64,000 bases of DNA from contig JBALDB010000069.1 in the NCBI GenBank assembly GCA_036918135.1, positions 64,133-128,132 of the forward strand, written 5' to 3'. Below, one piece after another: positions 53,123 to 62,727 of this stretch (positions are counted from its first letter, which is position 1; each line of letters starts with the position of its first letter). The DNA is from Nostoc sp. (GTDB lineage: Bacteria; Cyanobacteriota; Cyanobacteriia; Cyanobacteriales; Nostocaceae). Position numbers and translations under genes: made by a program. Under the pieces are notes generated by a model that was not told the DNA's origin, made no database searches, and saw only the letters and a program-made list of their open reading frames with translations.

Positions 53123-54079
53123 ATGAATCCGTCAATAACTCAAGGTGCAAGAGCTATCACTCAATCCCGGATGATAGACCGAATAAACGATATCGCTTGG
53201 CAAGCTCATCAAGGTAGCGTTGCAGCGATTATTCAGCTTTTGAACGAAAAGCTGGCTAAATCAGGCGTTAGAACCAGAGCCATTTTTTCTAATGGTGTCT
53301 TACAACTTTTATGTGAAGCGGCTAAGGTTGAGCAACTCGATCAATCTCCCCTAGTAGAACAAATCCAACAAATTCTGGAGTCGATTGCACCGCGTAATAT
53401 CCGCCGAGTCAATATCAACAGTAGAATAGTTCGAGAACAGCAGTTACTTTGGTTAAAGGAAATATCTAGCGATCGCGAGAATCAATTGCTGTGGTCACAG
53501 GAAATTACATTAGTTCAACCCAATGTAATAAAGCAACTAATTAATGATTTATCACAAGCCCAAGCTGAGCTAGGAAAACCAAGTTTCACTAGAACTCCAG
53601 TCTCTCGTTCTTTAGTACTGATAAACAAAGAAAAACACAAAAATAAACGTCAAACAAAGATATTAGCAGTGACTAGTCTCTGCTCATTGCTACTGCTTAG
53701 TTGGATTGTATATGCCAAATTAGGTAATAAAATTCCAAACCTTATACAACTAGACACTTCTAAAGCTTTAAAAACAGAAAGTACTAAAGAAAGCAAAATC
53801 AAAACACCACTTATTACTCCTAACAATAGTCTTTCTGACTCATCTGATGACCCATTCGGAACAGCAGTGCGAATTGCTAACCAAGCTTCTGCATCTGGTA
53901 AAGTAGCCACAACTTCGACCCAGTGGTTAGAAATAGCTGCTAGATGGCAACAGGCTTCAGATTTAATGGGTACAGTACAACCAAAGCACAACCGTTATCA
54001 GGAAGCTAAAATTCGGACTCAACTATATAAAAAATATAGTGAAGCAGCACAAAAAGAAGCGCATAAGAGTAAATCTTAG
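53123..54079 (+). CDS. Hypothetical single-pass membrane protein
   Basis: N-terminal AHQGSVAAI module, central TM helix, C-terminal helical domain. Confidence 0.75.
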   Translation: MNPSITQGARAITQSRMIDRINDIAWQAHQGSVAAIIQLLNEKLAKSGVRTRAIFSNGVLQLLCEAAKVEQLDQSPLVEQIQQILESIAPRNIRRVNINSRIVREQQLLWLKEISSDRENQLLWSQEITLVQPNVIKQLINDLSQAQAELGKPSFTRTPVSRSLVLINKEKHKNKRQTKILAVTSLCSLLLLSWIVYAKLGNKIPNLIQLDTSKALKTESTKESKIKTPLITPNNSLSDSSDDPFGTAVRIANQASASGKVATTSTQWLEIAARWQQASDLMGTVQPKHNRYQEAKIRTQLYKKYSEAAQKEAHKSKS

Positions 54080-54161
54080 TACGATTTTGGCTAAAATCCT
54101 AGCGTTTCTAAATACTTTAGCTAGGAAAATAAGTACAAAATCAAGCAAATTATTGCTAAAT

Positions 54162-54992
54162 TTAATTAGTTATTTTACAGCCGTTTTCATCTATTTGAAG
54201 CACATCTTTCGTAGGGAGTTTCCTACAACTTGGTTTAATTATGTGAAAATTGCTGCAATGATGGAAATCAATAAAATTTTCTGGATTTAAATAAATATTT
54301 AAAATATGCAGTATTCTGAATACTAAATTCTGAATTATGACTCCTTTTGATTTTACTTCGCGCACTTCACCCAGGCGCGTAAAACGAATTTCAATGCGTC
54401 GCCAGTTAGGTTCCGAGTGACGATTTACTTGGGGAACGGGAGCAAATTCCCCACTTGATAATATTAATTGTGGTGCTGAATAAGCACGAAATCTAATTCC
54501 TGGCATCTTATTTTGTTGTTGAATTTTTATTAATTCTTTCACAACTACCAGAGAACGTATTAATCCTAAATCAGCGTTAGAACCAGGTTTAAGTGTACTA
54601 ACTGAAACCCTTTGACTAGCTGCTACTTCTAAATTGTTATCTAAATTGCTGTTGATAATGCCAATAGGTTGTTTATCAGTGTATCCAATAATTTCAACTG
54701 TATTAATATTGTAATTTCTTGTAGCCTTTTCGATATCAGGTACGAGTTTATTTCTGATATAATCCAATATTGTTGGTGGAATTAGTGTACTACCTGGATC
54801 GAATCGAGAATTCTCATCTTTAATAAGTAAAATTGGTGGCGTTCCTGGGTTAGTTATTTGTAATACTGTATATTTGGTAGTAACTATTAATAATAGTAGC
54901 AATATCATGAAGGCATTAGACATTAAATCTGTAAAAGCAGGCCAAATATTTAAGTCTTCATTGTAGTCACTATACCGCAAGCGACGAATCAT
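54162..54992 (-). CDS. MotB/ZorB-like protein (TM Asp plus OmpA-like domain), possibly decaying
   Basis: IWPAFTDLMS before the TM helix; EIIGYTD, NADLGLIRS, RRIEIRF. Confidence 0.75.
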   Translation of the reverse strand: MIRRLRYSDYNEDLNIWPAFTDLMSNAFMILLLLLIVTTKYTVLQITNPGTPPILLIKDENSRFDPGSTLIPPTILDYIRNKLVPDIEKATRNYNINTVEIIGYTDKQPIGIINSNLDNNLEVAASQRVSVSTLKPGSNADLGLIRSLVVVKELIKIQQQNKMPGIRFRAYSAPQLILSSGEFAPVPQVNRHSEPNWRRIEIRFTRLGEVREVKSKGVIIQNLVFRILHILNIYLNPENFIDFHHCSNFHIIKPSCRKLPTKDVLQIDENGCKITN

Positions 54993-55031
54993 AATTTAAT
55001 ATTTATATTTTTAATTTATTGTTATCAATTA

Positions 55032-55538
55032 TCAAATAAAATCCGTATTTAAAATTTTTCTACTTGCTTTTCCATTCTCTCTCAGTTTGTAAATCTCATC
55101 TTTGATATAATTGACATCTTTATTAAATTGTTGAACATTACTAATTAACATTTCTATTCCTTGTTTATTTATTTCTGTTTGCTGAATAATTCCTTTAATA
55201 ATCATAGCGCTAATATTTTTATATTCGTTATTAAAATTTTCATTATTGTTTTGAATAACATCGAGAAAATCTGATTTAGATATATCAAACTTCACACCTA
55301 ACTGATTAGTAAATCCCTCCAGACTGGTGACGACAGTTTTAACTTGTTGGTTGTTAAAATCGATTTGTTGTGATAAATTTAAAATTAGGCGATCGCCTAA
55401 AGCTTCAATTGCCAAATTAGTTTGTTCTGTATAGTTTTTTACAATTTATAGCAACCGTGCAAAAGTCTCAGCTTTATTAGTAATTCCTTGCTCTAATTTA
55501 TCAAGTTTATTAATTGCTCTGGAGCGAAATCTACCCAT
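55032..55538 (-). pseudogene. Helical/coiled-coil gene fragment, probable tail of a MotA/ZorA-like partner
   Basis: 127-aa ORF continues upstream in frame through a TAA at about 55446-55448 to ATG 55538; no TM domain remains. Confidence 0.5.
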
Positions 55539-55801
55539 TTTAGCTGGTTTTAAACTTGATTAAGGAGACTAATGAATAAACACACTGCCGATTAAAGCAA
55601 TTTGTAATGCTTAAAATTAAGGCGATCGCACTTTATTTGCTCAAACTTATAGCAATTCTGATTTGATTGGGCAAACTCTTGCTCAGACTTCGCCCAAGCT
55701 TTTATAGTACTTTGACCTTCCTCAAAATCCCAAATTTGGATGGTTTATCGTAATTATGATTAGTTTTACTAGTTTATAAAAGTTCAACACCAAAATTAAG
55801 A

Positions 55802-56098
55802 TTACAGAGACTTATCACCTCTTTCCCATTCAGGTATGCCGCCTTTGACCCGGCGAATGGGTAAATTAGCAATTAAAGCTGTAGTTCGTTGGTTGCTTTC
55901 TAAAGAGAACTCCAAGCCTTCTGTCTCAACTTCGACATAGCGACAGACGACATCTAGGATTTCTTGCCGCATTTTTTCCAACGTTTGAGGGTCGATATCA
56001 GCGCGATCGTGAGCAATCACCAATTGCAGGCGACGTTTCACTTGAGTTCGACTGCTATCAAGACCACGAGAAAAAAGTTTTTCTAGAAGTTCAATCAT
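55802..56098 (-). CDS. minE: Cell division topological specificity factor
   Basis: [22 protein letters not shown]; follows minD. Confidence 0.96.
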   Translation of the reverse strand: MIELLEKLFSRGLDSSRTQVKRRLQLVIAHDRADIDPQTLEKMRQEILDVVCRYVEVETEGLEFSLESNQRTTALIANLPIRRVKGGIPEWERGDKSL

Positions 56099-56134
56099 TA
56101 CGAATAGGTCTGGGGCGGAGACTGGAAAATTAGG

Positions 56135-56941
56135 TTAAACAATCTTTGTTGAGAATAACTTTCTAAGACGCACGAAGAAGTTGTCTTGGGAGGAGTCGAT
56201 ATCAAGAAATTCGACGTTTTCCCCTTCCAATCTCCGAGCAATGTTCTCAAAGGCTGTGCCAGCTAGAGAGTGAGTTTCCCCTAATACCAGAGGTTCGCCG
56301 CGATTAGTAGATACAATAACACGCTCGTCGTCAGGGATTACCCCGATCAAGGGGATGGCGAGAAGTTCCTGAACATCTTGCACTGACATCATATCATTTG
56401 CCTGCACCATTGCGGGTCTAATGCGGTTAATTATTAAATGAACACGCTTAACCCCTTGTGCTTCTAGTAATCCAACTACTCGGTCAGCATCACGAACTGA
56501 GGAAATTTCTGGTGTACTGACAACTAGCGCTTCTTTGGCTGGGCCGATCGCATTTTTAAATCCATTTTCAATCCCGGCGGGGCTATCAATAATTACATAT
56601 TGATACTTTTGCGCTAGTGCATTCACTAATAACTTCATCTGTTCTGGTGTGACTGCATCTTTGGAGCGATTTTGGGCTGCTGGCAAGAGTACGAGATTGG
56701 GTTGTCGCTTATCTTTGACTAAGGCTTGTTCTAAACGGCACTCTCTGGCTAAGACTTCCACCGCAGTATAAACAATGCGGTTTTCCAGCCCTAGCAGCAA
56801 ATCCAAATTTCTTAAACCAAAATCCGCATCAACCAAGGCAACTTGCCGCCCTATTTTGGCTAAAGCCATGCCCAGATTTGCTGAAACTGTGGTTTTACCC
56901 ACTCCTCCTTTACCGGAGGTAATCACAATAATGCGAGTCAT
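56135..56941 (-). CDS. minD: Septum site-determining ATPase
   Basis: SGKGGVGKTT, DFGLRNLD, DSPAGIE, SVRDADR. Confidence 0.98.
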   Translation of the reverse strand: MTRIIVITSGKGGVGKTTVSANLGMALAKIGRQVALVDADFGLRNLDLLLGLENRIVYTAVEVLARECRLEQALVKDKRQPNLVLLPAAQNRSKDAVTPEQMKLLVNALAQKYQYVIIDSPAGIENGFKNAIGPAKEALVVSTPEISSVRDADRVVGLLEAQGVKRVHLIINRIRPAMVQANDMMSVQDVQELLAIPLIGVIPDDERVIVSTNRGEPLVLGETHSLAGTAFENIARRLEGENVEFLDIDSSQDNFFVRLRKLFSTKIV

Positions 56942-57072
56942 GATAGAAATGCGGTCAATGAGGGTTCAGGAAATATAAAACAGTAAGTTGGAGTATAAAG
57001 CTATCAAGTATCTTATCAAGTATGAAGAAATGTCTGATTCTCTGTGACCAGAGTCAGGTATGAGTGTTTTTT

Positions 57073-57164
57073 TATAGCGTTTTTTGGTTATCTACAATAC
57101 ACTTTGCTACGACAAAGGTCTAGGGATTAGAGTAGTGTATTCTATCTATATGAAAATCGCTATA
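57073..57164. mobile_element. About 90-bp MITE-like inverted-repeat element between minC and minD
   Basis: tatagcg...cgctata ends plus internal aatacact/agtgtatt. Confidence 0.55.
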
Positions 57165-57201
57165 CTTTATCCTGCATATCCTTCATCCTTTAAGTAAATA
57201 T

Positions 57202-58224
57202 TCAGGGTTGCTGATTGTTCTTGCTCACTTGATTTCTAGAAAAATCAGTAGCCCTAGCGATGCGAATTCCTTGGGGCGTAATGTGTGCCACCTCTGGATA
57301 AAACTGCATCGGCAATTTTTCTGGTGCCCTAGCTACAGCATCTGCGATCCGCAATTGGGTTGGTTCCATTTGCAAGGCCATAATCAGACACGAAACATTT
57401 CCTCCGGCCCCAGCATGAGCGATACCACGTAGACGACCCCAGATGATAATATCTCCATCTGCAACTACAATACCACCTGGATTCAAATCTCCCAAGAGAA
57501 TTACTGTGCCAGGATGACGAATTTCTACTCCGGAGCGTACAGTCATTTCCAAATAAAGGGCATCTGCCTGGGGTATGGCTGTAGCTTTTGGCTCTGTATT
57601 CAGGGAAGTTACGGGTTGTAGTTGCTCTACTGAATAACCAGATGTGACAGCAGCGATCGCAGTTTGTCGGCGACTAGTCGAGACGGATATTAATCGCAGT
57701 TGAACTTCACTTAAAGCTTCGGCGAGTTCTTGCAGTTGTCTAGCATCTACTAGGCGGTCTTGTGCCATTAGATGCACAGGTGTGTTCGATATACGGAAGC
57801 GATCGCTAGCATTCAAACGCTGTCTGATTTGTTGCCAAATATTAGACCAACTCACTTCCGAGGCAGGTACTTGAGATTCTGAGGGTAAAATTAATAACAT
57901 CTGTTCCCCCTGACTTTTCAACTGGACTTGAATATTCTGATTTAGCCGATGTCCTGGTAATGGTGAGTCACTGCTATTTAAATCAGTCAGGATAGAATTT
58001 ACCGATGGCTCTACATCAGGTTCGGCAGGAATTGACTCTACATCAGCATCAGCATTTGATTTTAAATACAGCAGCACAGAATTTAACTCAGCATCCGGCA
58101 GGATAGAATCTGACTCTAAATCGGAAGTAGGATTTCCCTCTACCTGAGCATGAATAGAGTTTGTTTCTGCATCAGGAAGTGCAGAATTTGACTTGAGATT
58201 GGTAAATGCGGAATCAGAAGTCAT
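57202..58224 (-). CDS. minC: Septum site-determining protein with acidic N-terminal extension
   Basis: TVRSG, GDLNPGG, WGRLRGIAHAG, PTQLRIAD. Confidence 0.95.
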   Translation of the reverse strand: MTSDSAFTNLKSNSALPDAETNSIHAQVEGNPTSDLESDSILPDAELNSVLLYLKSNADADVESIPAEPDVEPSVNSILTDLNSSDSPLPGHRLNQNIQVQLKSQGEQMLLILPSESQVPASEVSWSNIWQQIRQRLNASDRFRISNTPVHLMAQDRLVDARQLQELAEALSEVQLRLISVSTSRRQTAIAAVTSGYSVEQLQPVTSLNTEPKATAIPQADALYLEMTVRSGVEIRHPGTVILLGDLNPGGIVVADGDIIIWGRLRGIAHAGAGGNVSCLIMALQMEPTQLRIADAVARAPEKLPMQFYPEVAHITPQGIRIARATDFSRNQVSKNNQQP

Positions 58225-58473
58225 GCAATACTAGCCAAAAGACAAGGAACATTCTAAATAATTACTAATATTAGATCGGTTGTAAAATCTAACAACATCC
58301 TTATAACATTTTAGAATTGAGATTTTTGATTGTGTACTCCTAGTTGAAAGCAAGCTAGCAAGAGCGTCTGGTAGATAAAGTTCGAGCAAATCAACTTTTG
58401 GATGTTTTATCTGTCGCAATCATTCTTCTAGTTACTATTAAACAAAAAAGCCTTAAGTAGTTGAAAACTATTG

Positions 58474-59817
58474 TTATCTTGACTCAGCACTTAAATCTGT
58501 TTTAGTCAACCGTTGATAAATTGTTCCCAAAGCATCAGCATCGCCGACATTACCCGGAAACAGCACTACAGGCAAATCGGGAAACTGGGGATGGTCGGAT
58601 GGTGTCAGCACCATTGAACAACCGGCTAAAATTTGACCGAGTAAGCGGGCTGAATTTAAAGCTAGTCCAGTACTCAAGATATCGTTTGAGGTAATGCCAC
58701 CTTTACCGATCAAGAATCCGATATCAGATGGTAAACCGCGCACAATATCCATTAATAAGCCTGAAACTTTTGTCCCGAACTCCAATCTTGTCTTTACATC
58801 CTTAAAACTTAGTTCCTCGCGACTGGTGTAAACCACTGGCGTTTTACCAGCCTCGTGTACTACGCGCGTACTTTCTTCAATTTCGCTTAAGAGTGCAGCA
58901 GATTCATTAGTCTGCTCGTCAAGTAATCGGGCTACATTAACCTCAATTCCCACAGTTCCGTCTATTTGCAATAGCGCCTCTAACTGCTGAGTAGTCTTTT
59001 TTACATGGGAACCAACAATCACCGCACCTGGTTTACCTTGACGCACATATTGTGCCATGTTTTCGGCGGCGATCGGTTGGGGAGGTAAAGCAGCTAAAGC
59101 CGTTAAAATACTGGCAGCACTGCGAAACAAAAAGCGTTTGCCTTGACTTGCTGCTGTTAGTATATCTTGTGCAAAGCGGTTGAGGTCGGCTTGAGTTTCA
59201 GCATCGACAACAGCGCACTGATTATTAGTTAGTTTGAGCAAGCGTTCCAGACTACCAGCGCGAATATCAGCGAGGAGAAACCTTTCTACTGCTTCGGCTT
59301 GAATTTGTCCTTGGGTCTTTTGTTCGACGTACTTAGGTAAGTAACTGTGATCGTAGCTGAAGACTGAATCACGAGCAAACTCGGTTTCATGGACTGGGGT
59401 AGATACACCATCAATTATTAAATAATGCACGCTTTCAAGGGTGATGCGTCCGCCCTCAAAAAATGCAGGTACGAGAAAATGAGCATCAAAGGGGCCGAGT
59501 TCTTGAGCGATCGCATCTGTTTCAATGGGATAATGTCCCCGCAAAGTAGAATCAGAACGGCTGACAATCAAAAAATCCTCGATTCCTTCAACCTGCAAAG
59601 CAATTTTCAGATTTTGGCAAACTTCTTTGGTGATAGATGCAGCTGACTCTGGTGTTAGCGCCCTAGTATTAGTCAGCACAAAGAAAATCGGTGAATCATC
59701 TTGCAACCCACTGCGTAAAGTGTCCACATCCCAGTGCATCAGCAGCAAGCAACTGTGGACTGTTTGAGAACCTGTAGGATCGTCATCTAGGACAATTATT
59801 TTGGGTTTGTTGCTCAT
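58474..59817 (-). CDS. Four-carbon acid sugar kinase family protein (DUF1537)
   Basis: VLDDDPTG, SRSDSTLRGH, VGSH, KGGITS, FPGNVG. Confidence 0.88.
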   Translation of the reverse strand: MSNKPKIIVLDDDPTGSQTVHSCLLLMHWDVDTLRSGLQDDSPIFFVLTNTRALTPESAASITKEVCQNLKIALQVEGIEDFLIVSRSDSTLRGHYPIETDAIAQELGPFDAHFLVPAFFEGGRITLESVHYLIIDGVSTPVHETEFARDSVFSYDHSYLPKYVEQKTQGQIQAEAVERFLLADIRAGSLERLLKLTNNQCAVVDAETQADLNRFAQDILTAASQGKRFLFRSAASILTALAALPPQPIAAENMAQYVRQGKPGAVIVGSHVKKTTQQLEALLQIDGTVGIEVNVARLLDEQTNESAALLSEIEESTRVVHEAGKTPVVYTSREELSFKDVKTRLEFGTKVSGLLMDIVRGLPSDIGFLIGKGGITSNDILSTGLALNSARLLGQILAGCSMVLTPSDHPQFPDLPVVLFPGNVGDADALGTIYQRLTKTDLSAESR

Positions 59818-59875
59818 TGTAAGTCAACCGGGCAATTGTTTTTTTTGGAAATTTATCAGTACAGGAAAACTCCAC

Positions 59876-60538
59876 TTAGCCTTTGTGCAGTTTTCTGATT
59901 TCTGCTTGTACATCGATCGCAATCTGCAATGATTGATTTAAAAGTTGAGCGTATTCTCCTGCTTGATTACTTACTTGTAAGGCTTGGAGACGGGCTAAAT
60001 TATTCACAAATAACTCTTGGTTATTCGCAAGCAAATTTTTATTATCTCGCAAAATTCGTTCTGTTTTCAGAGCGCGGACTAAATCTTCTCGAATTAGTTG
60101 CAGGGCGGCGGTAACTCGCTCTCGGTCAGGGATACTGCTTTCTACGTTCCCTGATGCTGCCAATTGGTCATTGATATCTATGGCACTAATCAGGTGGTGA
60201 TATTTATCAACTTCATCTAAAAGTATTGTCAGTCCTTCAGGAAAGGTCAACTGTCGCCAAAGGGTTCGCCCAACTAATATCGGAATTGGCACTAGAATTA
60301 GTAAAAGAATACCAAATTTTATAGAAGATCCAATTGTTGGCAGAATAATAAACGCATAAATAAAGCCAACAATGATTGGCGTTAGCGCTAAGGTCACCAC
60401 CATTTCATTGAGCAAAAACCCTAATCGCTTCTTGCTATCTTGCAAAACAGAAGGTCGAAAAACGTCTTCTGGGTCGAACCCAGTCAAGCGTCTCAGTTCT
60501 CCTTTACTAATTTCCAAGCCTATTAAGTCCGGCTGCAC
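59876..60538 (-). CDS. Hypothetical membrane protein, two TM helices and a helical C-terminus
   Basis: 220-aa ORF, GTG start with aggag RBS. Confidence 0.75.
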   Translation of the reverse strand: MQPDLIGLEISKGELRRLTGFDPEDVFRPSVLQDSKKRLGFLLNEMVVTLALTPIIVGFIYAFIILPTIGSSIKFGILLLILVPIPILVGRTLWRQLTFPEGLTILLDEVDKYHHLISAIDINDQLAASGNVESSIPDRERVTAALQLIREDLVRALKTERILRDNKNLLANNQELFVNNLARLQALQVSNQAGEYAQLLNQSLQIAIDVQAEIRKLHKG

Positions 60539-60578
60539 GGCTGCATACTCCTATGGAAACCCAAGTTGCGTATTCATT

Positions 60579-61076
60579 TTAATCGGGTTTACCGTGATGA
60601 TTATGGTTATATTCAGGAAACCAGTTTTCATCTAAAATTTGTTCTAAAGAGCCTATGGGTATTAAGGGGAATATGTCAACGGCAAGTTGAGAGCGATCGC
60701 TTGCTTCTTTTCTTGCATCTTGATAGCATTCATCAAATATTTCTAAAATGTAAGGTTTTAAGCTAGGACTATCTTTAAGAGCTTTTTTAATCTCTCTACG
60801 AAAAGTCCTAATTTCCCCTTTCCAATGTCCTTGATTAGGCTCTCGTTCCTTATCCCAACACTTGAGTTTTAGTAAATGTTCAAGAAGCTTAATTAATAAA
60901 CTTTCAATTGTTCGCTTCTCCCTTCTACCCATAGTTTCTAATTCTTCTAACAAATTGTCTAAATCAACAGCAGAAAACTGTTTAGTGCGAAGTTGATTTA
61001 TAGTTGTTCTCAGCCACAGATAATAATCTTGGTCGTATAAACTTTGAGTTTCTGGTTGTATTATTGGTGTCACCAT
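60579..61076 (-). CDS. DUF29 family protein
   Basis: LYDQDYYLW, DLDNLLEELETMGR, LLEHLLKL, SPSLK. Confidence 0.92.
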   Translation of the reverse strand: MVTPIIQPETQSLYDQDYYLWLRTTINQLRTKQFSAVDLDNLLEELETMGRREKRTIESLLIKLLEHLLKLKCWDKEREPNQGHWKGEIRTFRREIKKALKDSPSLKPYILEIFDECYQDARKEASDRSQLAVDIFPLIPIGSLEQILDENWFPEYNHNHHGKPD

Positions 61077-61189
61077 ACAATAGCCTAACTCCTACTATTT
61101 TTTATTTAGCTCAATAGAGTTTCTATGCAATTGGAAGCCCAAGTTGCGTATTTATATTAATCGGGTTTAGTGTGGATGAATTTCTTAAC

Positions 61190-61375
61190 TCAACTCGACT
61201 TAGGTAAACGCCAACTCAGTGTAACTCGCACTTGTCCATTAGGTAAAGTTGGCATTTCCCATGCACTATCTGGAAGTTCAAAGGCGATCGCATTCATCAT
61301 TTTAGTGCTATAGCTACCTTTTGGACGTTCACGAGCCGTAGATTTGAGCGCTGAGGTATGATTGGCGATCGATCG
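61190..61375 (-). pseudogene. Orphan C-terminal gene fragment, possibly the end of a histidine-kinase-like ATPase domain
   Basis: Manual translation ...PKGSYSTKMMNAIAFELPDSAWEMPTLPNGQVRVTLSWRLPKSS*. Confidence 0.35.
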
Positions 61376-61384
61376 CTAAAGTAC

Positions 61385-61463
61385 ACCTGTACAGCAGAAA
61401 GCTATCTAGTAGTAAGTTGGTTAATACTTGTCCTCATCCACAAGTAATAATCTTGGTCGTATA
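61385..61463 (-). pseudogene. Second, degenerate DUF29 N-terminal fragment
   Basis: Translates YDQDYYLWMRTSINQLTTR*LSAV versus YDQDYYLWLRTTINQLRTKQFSAV in the intact copy. Confidence 0.8.
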
Positions 61464-62061
61464 TAGCAGGAGGCAGGGAGCAGTTATTGCTGGAGGCAGG
61501 AGGTAAAAACATTACTTTTCCTGACATTCAGGCTTGTTATTATGTCCTAAGCTGTATGACTACGGCTATAAAATCTGAGTTGTTGATTGTATTTGTATCA
61601 CTATACACTTGTTAAACTCCTATACGGATGGAAATTTTCAGTTGGTATGGGAATAGGGAATAGAAACAAGGGAGGTGACGGTCTACCACTTCTTCTAAGA
61701 TACAAGGGTGTGTTATGCCATAGGCTAATGTACCAAAACCTTGAGGTAGTTCGTTACGAAAGCCGTAACATACTCTACATATACTTAGATTGTTTCAAAA
61801 ATCAAATATGATTGCTATATGAGTCCCATATTTTAGATTTTAGTCATAGTCCCGGCTGCTAACGCTACATACTTATCATCCCTCACGCTGAGGTTATGAA
61901 TTTCAATCACCCTGCAATACTATAAATATTCCTTAGGTTTAAACTAAAGCTTACTAAAAGAATGAGGTTTTAATTTCTAAAATTATCGAGAATAAACGAG
62001 ATACCATGCATTAAATTCCAAATTCTCAACCCTAAAAATCGATTATTACTGAGGGGACAAA

Positions 62062-62535
62062 ATGGCTAAAACTAAAGCAACAGACATTCTCTCATTAATT
62101 GAAGCAGAGCATCGCCAAGTTGAGCAGCTTTTTGTGGAGGCTGAAAAAGCTAAGGGAAGCAAATTATACGAATACTTTAATCAAATCTATAAAATATTGA
62201 GTTTACATAGCAGAACTGAAGAATTAATCTTCTACCCAGCTTTACAAGAATACGAAGAAACGGAACAATATATTGATGAAGCTGAAGAAGAACACGAAGA
62301 AATTTCATTTATTTTAGAAGAGATTAAGATGCTAAGACATAATAACCCTGAGTTTTCAGAAAAAATGAATGAATTAAAGGAAGTAGTTCAGTATCATGTA
62401 GAACAAGAAGAAAGCAAAATTTTTACTGCTGTTCGTGAGTGTATGAACGAGCAAGAGCTAACTAAACTTGGTGAAGAATTTCACAAAGCTAAAGTTGAAT
62501 TGAAACCAGAGGTTGAAGCTACATTATTTTTTTAA
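62062..62535 (+). CDS. Hemerythrin (HHE) domain protein
   Basis: EH, HSRTEELIFYP, EEEH, HVEQEE. Confidence 0.88.
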   Translation: MAKTKATDILSLIEAEHRQVEQLFVEAEKAKGSKLYEYFNQIYKILSLHSRTEELIFYPALQEYEETEQYIDEAEEEHEEISFILEEIKMLRHNNPEFSEKMNELKEVVQYHVEQEESKIFTAVRECMNEQELTKLGEEFHKAKVELKPEVEATLFF

Positions 62536-62727
62536 GATCGCTATATTAAATTGCTCAAAGATTTCACAATGATTTCTAAATAAATTTCTATTATTGGAGC
62601 TTTAAACCTGATTATAGCACCTTTTAAGTTAACTTAAATATTTCCAAGTGTTTGCGTAAATAAGTAGTTCAAGATTACATATAAATAGTGTATTTAAAAT
62701 ACCAAGAGTTGACTAAGAGGTATAAAC

